Below are positions 36,515-49,400 of a stretch of DNA of 64,000 nt, piece after piece. Every line of letters starts with the position of its first letter. Within the stretch, counting starts at the first letter, position 1. The DNA lies in NCBI GenBank assembly GCA_002269645.1, contig NIVC01000291.1, forward strand, positions 620,001 to 684,000, read 5' to 3'. Source of the stretch: Macrostomum lignano (taxonomy: Eukaryota). Under the pieces are notes generated by a model. That model worked only from the letters and a program-made list of their open reading frames with translations. It did not search any database and was not told where the DNA came from. A program made the position numbers and the translations under genes.

Positions 36515-36558
36515 CGATTGGCTGCGCACAAGCGCGGGGAAGTGCACAGGTATTTAAA
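36515..36558 (+). promoter_or_regulatory. Candidate NPF core promoter: inverted CCAAT box and TATA-like TATTTAAA
   Basis: GATTGG near 36515 and TATTTAAA at 36551-36558, about 110 bp upstream of the ATG at 36667. Motif match and spacing only. Confidence 0.4.
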
Positions 36559-36666
36559 GCTGGTGCAACCCGTTACCGCCGCTGCAGCCCTCCAAACTAC
36601 AGCCCCGCAACAGAGATTCGGAAGTCCGGAACCTTCTCTCCTAATTCGTTAAGAACCTTCTGAGCA

Positions 36667-37437
36667 ATGTCGGCATTGACAACCGGTTCCAGGGCCCTCA
36701 TCCTGCTGGGACTCGTGCACCTGCTGGTGCTGCTGCAGGCCTCGGGCGGTGGGGCCAGCCCGGCCTGGGACAAACGCGAGCAGCTGAGCGACCCGAGCGA
36801 CCGCGTGCAGAAGCCGGCCCGCGGGAGCTGGAGTTCAAGGAATACCTGAAGAACCTGCGCAGCTACATGAGCCTCATCGCTCGGCCCAGGTGAGCCACTG
36901 GTTTGTGCGGAAATTTAAGATGTTACTTTGAGTTGAAGTGCAGGGCTGGTTGAGTAATCTAGAGGTGAATTGGATGTGTCTTGATAGCAGCGCTCTTGAT
37001 GCTTAGGGTGCTGCTTTGGCCAGTTGAAGCAGGGAAGAAAGCTCTGCGGCCCTGGTCTTTGAGGGGTGTACATGGAAATGTAGCAGTAGGTTCCCCGGCC
37101 CTAAAACTCTCATTTTACCCATGAGTTGGCAGGGAGATATTTACGGCTGAGTCAGCTAGAAAGAGGATATTTGAGAAAAGGATTGAGACAAAAAACCAGA
37201 TACGACCAGACGCGCTCGTCAGAAGCTGCACCAGAAACAATAGCAGACTCTGCTGCTTTGCCTGTGCTCAGCACAGCATTCAGCCTCCGCCTCTGTAGCT
37301 TGACGCCTCAGTGGCGGTGTGGGCGGGAAGAGCTGGAGAACTCGAATGCCCCGAGCTATGGGTGATCCCGAGATCCTCAGCAACAATCTCGCACCGCTGC
37401 AATTTGCAGGTTCGGCAAGCGGTCCGACACGCCGTGA
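36667..37437 (+). CDS. npf: Neuropeptide F / neuropeptide Y-like precursor, 2 coding exons, with one apparent 1-nt deletion
   Basis: join(36667..36889,37410..37437). Signal peptide (RALILLGLVHLLVLLQA), then, after a one-base shift, ELEFKEYLKNLRSYMSLIARPR|F-GKR-SDTP*. There is a phase-2 intron inside the Arg codon of RF (AG|gtgagc...ttgcag|G), Tyr at positions 10 and 17 from the amidated end, and a GKR amidation/cleavage site. Confidence 0.88.
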
Positions 37438-37617
37438 CGCGGGCGGCCTGCTGAGAGCGTCGGCTCGTTTTGTTTGAACGCATCGAAGCACAGAAGTGGA
37501 AATACACCCGCTAGTGATGCAGCCAACTGACTGGCTTGGCAAATCCTCAGCTTCCAGCTTTTTAACTATTGTCTATTCTTGGCGTGTCAAGAGGCTGGGA
37601 AAATGTTTGTTCTATGA

Positions 37618-38184
37618 AACAACAGGCAGTGATGCAAAACAACAGGCAGTGATGCAAAACAACAGGCAGTGATGCAAATCAACAGGCAGTGATGCAAAAC
37701 AACAGGCAGTGATGCAAAACAACAGGCAGTGATGCAAAACAACAGGCAGTGATGCAAAACAACAGGCAGTGATGCAAAACAACAGGCAGTGATGCAAAAC
37801 AACAGGCAGTGATGCAAATCAACAGGCAGTGATGCAAAACAACAGGCAGTGATGCAAAACAACAGGCAGTGATGCAAAACAACAGGCAGTGATGCAAAAC
37901 AACAGGCAGTGATGCAAAACAACAGGCAGTGATGCAAAACAACAGGCAGTGATGCAAAACAACAGGCAGTGATGCAAAACAACAGGCAGTTTTGCAAAAC
38001 AACAGGCAGTGATGCAAAACAACAGGCAGTGATGCAAAACAACAGGCAGTGATGCAAAACAACAGGCAGTTATGCAAAACAACAGGCAGTTATGCAAAAC
38101 AACAGGCAGTGATGCAAAACAACAGGCAGTTATGCAAAACAACAGGCAGTTATGCAAAACAACAGGCAGTGATGCAAAACAACA
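37618..38184. repeat. 20-bp minisatellite (AACAGGCAGTGATGCAAAAC)n
   Basis: About 28 copies. Confidence 0.95.
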
Positions 38185-38348
38185 AACAGCTTGGGAATCC
38201 GGGGAATCCTATCAAGTGTGTCGAGTTTTGATTGGAATTCTCTCTTAGAATATATTGGGTTAACCTGAGCAGTCTTTCTTTGTAACGAAAGCTTCGAGAC
38301 CAAGTCTTCTGGGGATTCCACGAGTGGTCCGCGCAGCTTCCTGCCGGC

Positions 38349-38645
38349 TCAAGGCGAGTTGTGCAGGAGAGCTGCCTCTTCCGCCTCGCCAATGGCTCCA
38401 GGCTCCAGTTCCATGGGCTCCTCCCGGATGGTCTCCATGGTCGAGGGCGGGGCCGCGACCTGGGCGGCATTCTCGCTCTCGGCCCGGTTTTCCGGGGGGG
38501 GCAGTGTTTACACTGGGCTGGGGGTTGCTGCGGTTGTTGGCCAGTTGGCCAAAAAGGGAGGAAGCTGCCCAGCGGCAGACAGCAACCCAGGGCGAGGGCG
38601 AGGGCGAGGGAAGCTGCTGACAATAGTGCGACGCCTAACACCAAA
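38349..38645 (-). other. Possible terminal exon of an unknown single-pass membrane protein
   Basis: GC-rich segment after the acceptor ccgctag. It reads LVLGVALLSAASLALALALGCC... and, if one C is added in the C8 run near 38494-38501, continues PPPENRAESENAAQ...EEAALLHNSP*. No family recognised. Confidence 0.3.
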
Positions 38646-39176
38646 CTAGCGGATCACTACAAGACACTTTCATTTGATGAAAACGAAGCTTTTCGCAATT
38701 AGAGCTCGTATGTGAAACTCTTATTAAACTTCCCGTAAATTACCGGGCAGTTAATGTCATTTTCTGCCCGCTAATTTGCGGACATAAAATATGATATACC
38801 AATATTGATGGGCTGCAGAGGGCAGACACGAGCTATAACGCCGAGGCGCGTGTTTATTTCTAAGGGCTTACACACGATATCACGGTAGGCTACTTATCAT
38901 TTTGCTTTGTAACTCATTATACATCCAGCTGCATGGTTGCTCCGGCTGGGGGAGGTTAGCTCAGACTCTAATGTTTTGCCTTGGTTGTGTTAGAGCTATT
39001 CGGGGAGTTCAAGTTTCCAGTCGGATCGCAAGTTCACCCCTCTGTCGCCAGATTCGGGTGCACCCGATGCTCCTCCACGCCGGCGGCCTCCGGCCCAGAC
39101 ATTGCACCCGCTTATTAATCCTATCCGCCTGGCTGCCTTCGCGCATCAACCGCCTCGCTCAGCTCGCCACCTCGCC

Positions 39177-39409
<233 letters not shown>

Positions 39410-42400
39410 GAGCTATAGCAAAATTGTTCTGAACTTTGATTTATCAATACTCAGGCAGTTGCTTGCAAAATGTCACTGCAGATGATAACTCTGTTGATGT
39501 GTTAGGAAAGCAAAAAGAGTCTTATTTACTCCTTCTGCGTTTGTTACCAGTACACATGTAATTTTGAAACGAAAAAACAAATGTTTTTCGTTTACCGTTA
39601 TTGTGCAATGTTTCCATACTTAGGTTCAATGTCTGATACTAACTTCTTATGGCCAATGTATGACTGTAAAGATCACTTCCCTTTGTTAAAATCTTCTAAT
39701 CAATATTTGAGTGCTTCTGACAGCTACTGAGCTACTAGTATATTGCACACACGCTCAAGCTTTTGACTCGGTGGTGCCAATGCAGTCACGATGATACGCT
39801 CGTATCTACGTACCTTAAACTCTGCATAACCATAAGGTTAGCGTTCCTGCCTAACTGTAGTATATTTTAAGCGGAAAAGCAGTGGGTCATGTTATTTTCA
39901 TCCGTCTGTGGTGCAGCAAACAATATCAAGAGGTGCTCACCATCTCCTGCGTAAATGTCACTTTAAAACATTTCTTTTTTTCACTTTCTGCATTGGCGTT
40001 TGCCTCTCTTGCGCTAAACTTAATGTGGAAAACTGAAGAGGCACTGTCAGCTCCGACACAGACCGAGCACTGTTGGAAGACACCAGAGTGAGATTGCACC
40101 ATCTTGGACCACCATGCACTTGCCTGTTGCCACCCAGAAGGCATTGCACATCGAGTTTCCTGTCAGCGAACTCCTCCAAGCGCTGTTTCAAGCTGGCCAG
40201 GTGTCGGAATCGATGGATGGTGAGCTCCATGCCGGGCAGATCGGGCCGATGATCCTCGCCAGACTTGAAACACTTTCGAATACTGATTGTCCGTGTGTCT
40301 GGTACCAGGCTGATGCGATAACCATATGAACGCCATCATAAATATTTGTCATTTAAAAAAAATGGCATGAAGCATAGCGAGCGCAAGGTGCTGTGTTTAT
40401 AAAGGTGATGGGTTTCGACCTTTCAGGCCCCTTGTGAGGATGCCTTCGGGCCTCAGGCCTCAGAAATAAATCAATTAGAGTCCTGGCCCCCCACTCCTGT
40501 CAGATGGTCAGCCCCATGGTAGCTTGATCGTGTGGCGAGCAGTCTAGGTCCTATAGCTAAGAGAGGGACAGCGAGAGACAAGCAGGGAGAATTTTGAAGG
40601 TAGAAATTAGCTAATCCGCAGACTAAACTAACTCGCTGCCACCAGCCCGTGCGTCCTGGCTCACCACACCGGGACTCTCGAAATCGGGCTTCCGACTAGA
40701 AGGGGCTTTGCACTTACCTGCCAACTAGTGTCTTTTTGCTGTCAATCTCGAAGTCATAGCCGATGATAAGGGACACTGCTGGGACTAGATCGCGTTGGCC
40801 ATGCAGGTACAGAGGGGACTTGTGCAGGGGATTCTTGCAGTGGCGAGTCTATGGGGTAGCTACATGTACTATTACATTGCTAAATACGAAGATATGTACT
40901 TTTGGCCTTCAACGCGCCAACTAGCCTCTCATAGCGCTGATGATAGACTAACTCGAACTTCAGAGACCGCATGATTCATTACCCGAGCCGCTTGGCTAAC
41001 CTAGAGTGCACAAAGTACATCTCTGGCGCCGATTCTGCACTTCTGGCAGTTTTGCTCACTAGTTTGATAGATTGATCGACTGAGAACCGCCTTGCCATTG
41101 GTCCACTGCGAGTAGCGCCTACTAGCTTAGCTACTCATCTGAGCCATCGGCGAACAAAGAAATAAAACCGATAAAAATAACTGTTAGATTTAACCTTCTC
41201 CTTAGATCACTTCACACTTCAGATTGAATTGGAGTTTAGACTACTAGCAGTATTATTGAATGATTTCTGCCTCAGCAACAGCACTACTGAACAAAATGAG
41301 CAAAAGTGTGCGCCTAATCCAGCTACTGAAACAGGGGACAGATAGGGAATCACCCGACCAAGCAAGTCTAGGTAGCCTCTCACCCAACCAATCAGAAACT
41401 CAACAGCCGGAGACCAGGAAATCCACAGTGACCGAATCGGCTCGATGCTTCGCAGCTGTAGACTCGGGATGATGCTGACACAATCTTCGCTGATAGCTGC
41501 AGGTGGTGATCTTCGCTTGATGTTCGCTGCTGACGACCGGGGGATTCGTCCTTGATGATGATGGGGGGAAGTCGCAATCCGGGGATCAAGAAACGACGGT
41601 CGCGCTCCGGGAACCAGAAGTTGCGTGCTGGGCCCGAGCAAGAGTGAGAGCTCCGGGCACCAGGTCCGGAAAGTTGGGGTCCGAGCGGGCCAAAAACTTC
41701 GGTTTAAATAGCCGCCAACTGGACCGCAGTTTGTTATAATGGAACACGTCGATTCTGATTGGCTGAGCCGTTTTGTTAAAATGAGCGCCGAATTTTCTGA
41801 TTGGCTAAGCTTGTTGCTACCCAGAATCACGTGACCGAGAGATCCTATCAGTTCCCACAGGGTCGTAAAAAGATGACAGGTGCGGCCATAAATCACTCAA
41901 AATCGCAACAAAATGATTTATGACTTTTCGCGTAGGATTGACAGAAATTAATGAAAAAATATACATTAGAAAGCTCTTATTAAATAGAAAGTGAAGATAA
42001 TGAAGAGAAATTGCTAATCGCTAATCCCAAAGTACTTTTAGGGGTAAAACGCATAGCTGTCAAAGCTGTCACACGCTTGAGTGAACACGAACAATAGGCT
42101 TTGACCTCATAAATCTTGATGGCCTGTCAAAATGATGAGAAAAAAGCTACCGCCCGCATCCTCTCAGACCATCTGGCGCCCGCCTCAACACTGAGTGAGG
42201 CGCAGGTGGCTGTCAGACCAGCTTCGAAAGCGATGATTTATGACCCCAAAAGCTATGCCTATGTTATTATGACTACTAGTATGGCCAGACATTATATCTA
42301 GTATTGATTCTATGACTATCCGCAGAAAAAGGATAAAAATGCCCCTTGCCCACTGTTAGTAGGCAAGTAAGTTTAGAGCCCATGTGCTAGCGCGGGATTT

Positions 42401-42712
42401 GGGAAAAAGTGCGTCCTCATCAAAGGGTCCTGGACCCCTTCTGACGCTGGGTGTTTTGACCAAACAAATCCCAGTACTGGGACCACCAGGGGCCCCTCGA
42501 CCAGTAGAATCCCTCCCTCGCATTGCTAGGAAATTCCGAGGAAATTACTTCTAAATGCTTTCTCGACCAATAATATCTCTTCCACTCGGAAACTCCAAGC
42601 AATCGGACCCTTTGCTGAAACGGGCCCTTTTGATCAATCACATCGTTCTTGAAACGCATGAGTAGAGGACACTTAACCAATGGACACTCAACCACATCCA
42701 GGGGGCTCCCCA

Positions 42713-42820
42713 TCGCTGATTGGCTCCTCCTTGCTGATTGGCTCCTCCTCGCTGATTGGCTCCTCCTCGCTGATTGGCTCCTCCTCGCTGATTGGCTCCT
42801 CCTCGCTGATTGGCTCCTGG
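42713..42820. repeat. 18-bp tandem repeat (GCTGATTGGCTCCTCCTC) x6
   Basis: Six visible copies directly upstream of the gypsy pol remnant. Confidence 0.9.
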
Positions 42821-43990
42821 ACGTGGACGTGCACCAGACTGTACCATTTTCCTACTACTATTCAGACTTGAGGGCTGTAGCCCGGTTGGTTCAGGCGGGT
42901 TGGCCAAGTAACTTTCGGAACATTTGCCACTCTGTCCGTCAGTATTGGAGTTTCAAGGAGGACTTGACCAACAATGATGGCGTGCTGATGAAGTTGGATC
43001 GCGTTATTGTTCCAGCATCGTTGCGGCAGAAGATTCTGCCAATTTTATACCACGGTCATGCTGGCGCGGGCAATACGGAGGCTTCAAATTCTGTACTGGC
43101 TAGGCATGTCAGAGGGCATTAAGAACTTCGTGAAGCACTGCGGCGCATGTCAGACGTTTCAGCCGGCCAACCCAAAGGAACCGCTGTTGAACCATCAGAT
43201 TCCGAATGCACCATGGACCAAGGTTGGTTGTGATCTGCTGGACTTCAATGGCGACAAGTGGCTAGTCGTTACCAGCTGCTATTACAGCAACTGGATCGAA
43301 CAAATTAGGTCAACAGTCTGGAGCTGACCTGGTGATTGCTCGAATTAAGTCAATGTTCGCCAGGTTCGGTATCGTCGAAGAGCTGGTCAGTGACAATGGG
43401 CCCCCATTCAGCTCGTTTAAGTTTCAAGAGTTTGCTGCACAGTTTGGTTTCGTGCACACGCGCTCGTCACCCGGATACCCGCAGTCCAACGGAATGGCTG
43501 AGAAGGCAGTCAAGGTGGCAAAGAACATCCTGAGGAAAGCCAATCGGTCCGAAATTGCGCTAATGGAATATCGAGCTTCGCCAATTAGCGGTACGAGCAC
43601 CAGCCCCAGCGAGCTCATGTTCGAGCTCATGTTCGGTCGGTTGATTCGGACGAAGCTGCCAGCGGGTGAGGAGGCACTGCTCAAAGACTAAACAACCGGA
43701 TTCTCCAAAGCCCCGCTGCAGGCTGCTCAAAAACGGCACTACGACCAGCAAGCCCGACCGCTCTCAACACTGAATCGGGGAGATGCAGTTTGTTTTCGGC
43801 ACGGTTTCAGATGGGAGCCAGCTGTTGTGACGCAAGCTGACCCGGAGCGCCGCACCTATCAACTGCTGACTCAAAGCGACAGGGAGCTGATTCGCAATCG
43901 CCGGGAGCTGTGATCAGTGCCGTCGCAGCAGTCCACTGCTGAAGCCGAAGACGTCCAACTGGCGGCCCAAGCGGCTCTGGCCGGCGATGA
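42821..43990 (+). mobile_element. Ty3/gypsy LTR-retrotransposon pol remnant (integrase), frameshifted
   Basis: ORFs 42649-43122, 43007-43327 and 43332-43691 give an HHCC zinc finger (HGHAG...CGAC), PWTKVGCDLLDF, VSDNGPPFSS and SSPGYPQSNGMAEKAV (DDE), and ALMEYRASP...SPSELMFGR. No LTR pair was identified. Confidence 0.9.
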
Positions 43991-46465
43991 GTTGGCGGCA
44001 TCAGATCTTGCGGAGCCTGAAGAGCCACTGCGCCGCTCTGTCAGGGCCACAAATTAGGGCATTCCGCCTCTCCGGTACAGACATGACGTGTGAGTAATGC
44101 GGACGGTGAACTTTGTTTGTTTTCAAGGACTGTTACATGGATTTTCAAAGCAAAGATTAGGTTTAATCCGCTGACTTGGTTGCTGAGAAAAAGATTCAAA
44201 ATGTTTTGTACTCCTTGTTGAAATACACCATTTTACCCTCGATTTTGAACAAGGAGTACTTTGAAACCGACAAACTCCTCTTCAATATTGACACTATGGT
44301 CGGGCACTCGAAATCTAAAATCAATATTGACAGATCAAGCTTCAATTTAGAAAAACTCTAGTTCAATTTGATAATGCACTTTTAGTCAACTTCTCCTGGG
44401 AGAATTCGCGATAACAAAGTAATCCAATGAAAGCCTGAACAGGGGAAAGTTATCTGTGCGAAATCAGCTCATTCTGACTTTGCTTTTGGGATCTACAAGT
44501 ATTGATAAAATTTATTTTTCTCCATCCTTTTACACGCACAGACTCAAATAGCCTGACTGGTCGGGCCGCAAAGTCCGATTCTATTTTGACAGAGTTGCTT
44601 CATAGCTGACACTCTATGGTTTGTGTACCCCAAAAGTCTGTTTCATTTTTGACAAACTCCTTCATTTTTGAAGAACAAAAAACTTTTTGAGTGTTCGCAA
44701 ATGCCTTAATGTGCGAATAATGCAATGTTTCGAAAGCGATAATTCGTTACAGCAATTGATTTTAATTCCGCTCTGTGTTTCTTTTTTAGAGAGAGAGAGA
44801 GAGAGATGTCAGCGATAATTCGTTAAATACTCGTTAAATTCGTTAACTTCGTGAATTTCATACAATAAAAATACTTGTAATTGTATTGTATTGTTTTCTC
44901 ACCTGCATCTCAATCATGTACGTTGCTATTGCTATCGAATGCTCAGCAACCCTCGCCCCTCTCTTGACTGATGCATACTTATTATATGATTTATGATACT
45001 TTTGAAAAATACAGTTTTTCTTTCGGTCGCACGTTCATCACAGTCCTGACGGGTTGCGGAGAGCGCGGTGGCTGCCCCGGCTGAAAGAAGTCGCAAAGAA
45101 TTAACCCAAGCACAGAAGGCACAGAAGTGACAGCCGTTGCAGAATTACTCAGCGATGCCACTCATTCGCAACAGACGGCCAGTAACTAATTACAATAAAT
45201 CTTCACAGCTAGATGGTTTGTCAGTTTTTATTCCACAATTCCAAGCCTGTCGCGCAGCACAGAGAAAGAGAAGGCAGAGGCCGAGGCACCGCGTGGGCGT
45301 GAATAAATAAGCATGCGGAGTGCAGCGGGGGCCGCTGACCGGCGCACAGGAGAGAGTGGGACGCGCGAATGTCGATAAAGAATGGCATTGTGCAGGCATG
45401 GGTTTGGAGCTGGAGTGCGGGGCAAAACAAACAGAAACTAGATGTGTTATTAGGCGTACAGGGTTGGCTTTGGTATGGTTCCAGTGCTAATGCTCAGCAA
45501 ATTTTAAATATTGTGTACTGTAACATAAAAACCGCAGGAATTCGCTCTAACAGTAAGAAATCATAGTCAAAAGGTAAGGAAGGAAAAAGCTAAAACAGCA
45601 ATGGTCCTGGAGCATGGAGCTGGTTCACTATGCATTCAGAGGTGCCTGCAAAATCCAATTTACCAATGCAACCATTTCTCTATTGAATTGAGGATTTTGC
45701 CTGCGCATGTACAGATCGCTGTGTTCGCAGCGCTACACACGCATTTCGACACCCCAAAAACAAATTGAACTGAACGCGCAGTGTAGAAAAAGTGGCAAAG
45801 TCGCAGAAAAGCATGCTGGCTTGGTGAGAATGCGTTAAAGCGGGCAAACCGCTCAGGTCGCAGGTGGAAAGCAAGCGGCTCCTCCGGCGAGCGCTGACAA
45901 AAGGCCTACACACAGACAGTTGGGTAAAAAGCGCAAAAAAGCAGTTATTTGGAGTGGAAAAATAATATGAAATAGTAACTAAGCTGTCAGCTTTTGACAC
46001 TTGATCAAGCAAGCAGGGGAGTCAGTTTCAAGGCTCTGCAAGGGCTGAAAGCAGGTTAAGGGTGTGACAGCATCGCTTCAGACTCTTCGAAGCGGCCAAA
46101 GCGGCGGGAGATGAAAATGAAATTCTTCTTTCAAGTGACTTTTCCTAAAGCTTTCCGTATCGATTTTTTAGAGGAACCTTTCCCGTTACTTTCGGCCACA
46201 CAATCTCCTCTGGGGCTTGGAAAAATATAGTGCTGTCTATGACGCCACCCAGTCAATGCGGTAGTCCTATGTTTCTCGGGGGAATCCCCTGGCTTCTAAA
46301 AATAGAATTCGAAATCGGCTATTTTCAACAGGTCTAATTGAGACCCAAGACGCGTGATTTATGTCTCTGTCAATGCCATCCGATAGCTCCGCCTGTTTCT
46401 CGGGGGTAGTCCAGACATCAAAGAGGCTCATCTCCCCATCAAGCGCCTCTTTGATTCCTTCGAAT

Positions 46466-49400
46466 TCAGCTGGATGGCTTGTTGAAGTTGCCAAATGCCA
46501 CCGCAGCGTCCGCTGCGCAGCCGAGGGCGTCCCGCAGTTTCGGCGGCGCGTTGCGCAGCAGCACAGAGGACGGGTCGGCCGTCATGGCTGGTAGGAGCGA
46601 CTGGCGGACGCTGCTGCGCACAGCGTGGCGCAGTTTGAGCAGACTGCTCAAGTAGGTCGAGTCCCGTCTAGTCTGGGCGACGCACCCGCTGCAGCAGTGG
46701 ACCTTCAGCACTTCGATCAGCTTGTGCTGCAGGCTGTACAGCTGGCCGCTGTCATCCAGAATGAGCCGCTCTGCGGTGTGGTGCAGTTCAGACGGGCTGC
46801 ATGTCTTGAGCATCGAAATATGGAGTTTGGCTATGGGGGTTTCACTAAGGGGAAAGGATGCTGAAGCGCGTGGATTGGTGTTGGTGGCGGATGGGAGTTT
46901 TGGGAGGATCTGGGGGGCGGATGAGATTATTGGGAGGATCTGGGGGGCGGATGAGATTGTTGGGAGGATCTGGGGGGCGGATGAGATTGTTGGGAGGATC
47001 TGGGGGGCGGATGAGATTGTTGGGAGGATCTGGGGGGCGGATGAGATTATTGGGAGGATCTGGGGGCGGATGAGATTATTGGGAGGATCTGAAGGGGCGA
47101 ATTGGAGTTTGGGAGGATCTGGAGGATCGGAGGGAGTTTTGGGAGGATCTGGAAGGGCGGGTGGGATAATTGGGAGAATCTGAATGGATTATTGGGAGGA
47201 TCTGAATGGATTATTGGGAGAATCTGAATGGATTATTGGGAGGATCTGAAGGAAGTTTTGGGAGGATCTGGAAGGGCGGGTGGGATTATTGGGAGGATCT
47301 GGAGGAAGTTTTGGGAGGATCTGAAAGGAGTTTGGGAGGATCTGGAAGAGCGGGTGGGATTATTGGGAGGATCTGGAGGGAGCTTTGGGTGGATCTGGAG
47401 GAAGTTTTGGGAGGATCTGGAGGGAGCTTTGGGTGGATCTGGAGGAAGTTTTGGGAGGATCTGGAGGGAGCTTTGGGTGGATCTGGAGGAAAATTTTGGG
47501 AGGATCTGGAGGGAGCTTTGGGTGGATCTGGAGGAAAATTTTGGGAGGATCTGGAGGAAAATTTTGGGAGGATCTGGAGGCACACGGGAGGCAGATGGGA
47601 GCATGACTGAGCGCCCATCTGACAGCGCTGACCAATACCTCTGATTCACTGCAGACTTTCAGTTGCAGACAGAGGATTTTGCTCTTCATCTATACTACTA
47701 TTGGGATTTTTTCCTCCCTTATTCCTCACTGTTTACGGAGAGGATATACTGTAATTAGAAACGAAGTACTGGGAGCGCAGCGGAAAGAAAAAAGAGGTGC
47801 TGGCGCATGAGTAACGGGCCCGGGCTGCAGGCCCAGTCAGGCCAGCCCTCCGCCGGCAAATTCCTAAAGTCGCTCTGCAGCTGCGAGCTTTTTATCAAAC
47901 ATCCCGGCAAATGTATGAACGCGTGGCCTCGAATATTTGAGAGGTATTTTCGGGGCGGGGATTCCGAATGAGGAATCTCTCTGAAATTGCGTGCGATGCA
48001 ACTGGCGCATGAACCGCTGCGACCAGCCCTTAGTGTGGTGTGACAAAGCAAACTACCACATCAACAGCCAGTCTACCGTGGACAGGCAGACTACAGTGAA
48101 CAGACAGACAACAGTGAACAGGCAGACTACAGTGAACAGGCAGACAACAGTGAACAGGCAGACTACAGTGAACAGGCAGACTGCAGTGAACAGACAAAAC
48201 TACAGTGAACAGGCAGACTACCACTTGAACAGACAAAACTACAGTGAACAGGCAGACTACCACTTGAACAGACAAAACTACAGTGAACAGGCAGACTACA
48301 GTGAACAGACAGACTACAGTGAACAGGCAGTCTACCGTGAACAGGCAGACTACAGTGAACAGGCAGTCTACCGTGAACAGGCAGACTGCAGTGAACAGAC
48401 AAGACTACAGTGAACAGGCAGACTACAGTGAACAGGCAGACTACCACTTGAACAGACAAAACTACCTTGAGCAGTTACGTGGCCGTGAACATACAGGTGA
48501 CAGTGAACAGATAGGTGATCGTGAACAGTCAGGTGACAGTGAACAATGAGGTGACCGTGAACAAGCAGCGGACTGTGAACATACAGGTGACTGTCTCTCT
48601 CACCTTCCTGCGGGTTGAAGAACAGCAACAGGCTGGCTGCCAGGCCCCCGAACGCCTGCTTGTCGTCTCGAATGACAGTCGCCATCAGGCTGCTCAAGCC
48701 TCGCAGCGACTCCAACCAGTCTAGCAGGCGCAGCGAGCTCAGTTTCCATGGCAACAGGGGATAGCCACTGTCCAGCACGAATTCTTGATCTGACAGCTGC
48801 GTAGCTCTGAGGTTTTAAATAAAATGCAACTGCATGTTCTGAACGGATCTTTCAAATCTGACAGATTACGGGAAGGTGCCCGTGCACCCGTTGAAGGCTT
48901 ATGGGATGAGAACCATGTGAATGAAAGGGACTGCAGCCCTCTCAGCCCTCCCCTTCCTCACCTGTACGCCGCCCTGGCAACCACCACATCCAGGCCGTGG
49001 CAGACAATCAGGGCGGACTGGTCGGCCAGCGGCAGGTCGCCGAAGCCGGGCACCTGGCCGGCGAACTGCTCGGCTACGTCGAGACTCGCCGCCAGCGCCG
49101 AGCCGAACTCCGCGGCCAGCAAGTCGCAGCCGAGGCCGCTGCCGCTGGCGTCAGGCTGCGCCGACAGCAGCAGCACGGGCTCGCAGCTGAGGTTGGCGCT
49201 GCTGATCACGCAGAGCATCGTCGCCGTCATCGCCGTCTGGGAGTTCGCCGACGAGATGGCGGCGCCGTTTTGCAGTGGTGGTCCGGCAGTTGAACCTGCC
49301 GCTGAGACAGCCGTCGTAGCCACCACAGCCGCCGCTGCAGCCGCTGTGGTTGCCATGGCTGCGACGCCGCTTGTCGAGGCGGCTGACGACGCTCCATTGC

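Noticed and set aside
44785-44990. (GA)n tract followed by TGT as the polypurine tract and 3' LTR of the gypsy remnant
   Set aside because: It lies about 800 bp past the integrase, no matching second LTR was found, and a GA microsatellite explains it equally well.
46296-46305. Perfect MEF2 site CTAAAAATAG near NR4A
   Set aside because: It lies downstream of the stop codon, and a single 10-mer in AT-rich DNA is weak evidence.
47755-48051. Unique GC-balanced segment in the NR4A last intron as an alternative exon
   Set aside because: No frame gave convincing NR4A similarity, and the 48604 to 46770 junction already fits phase and homology.
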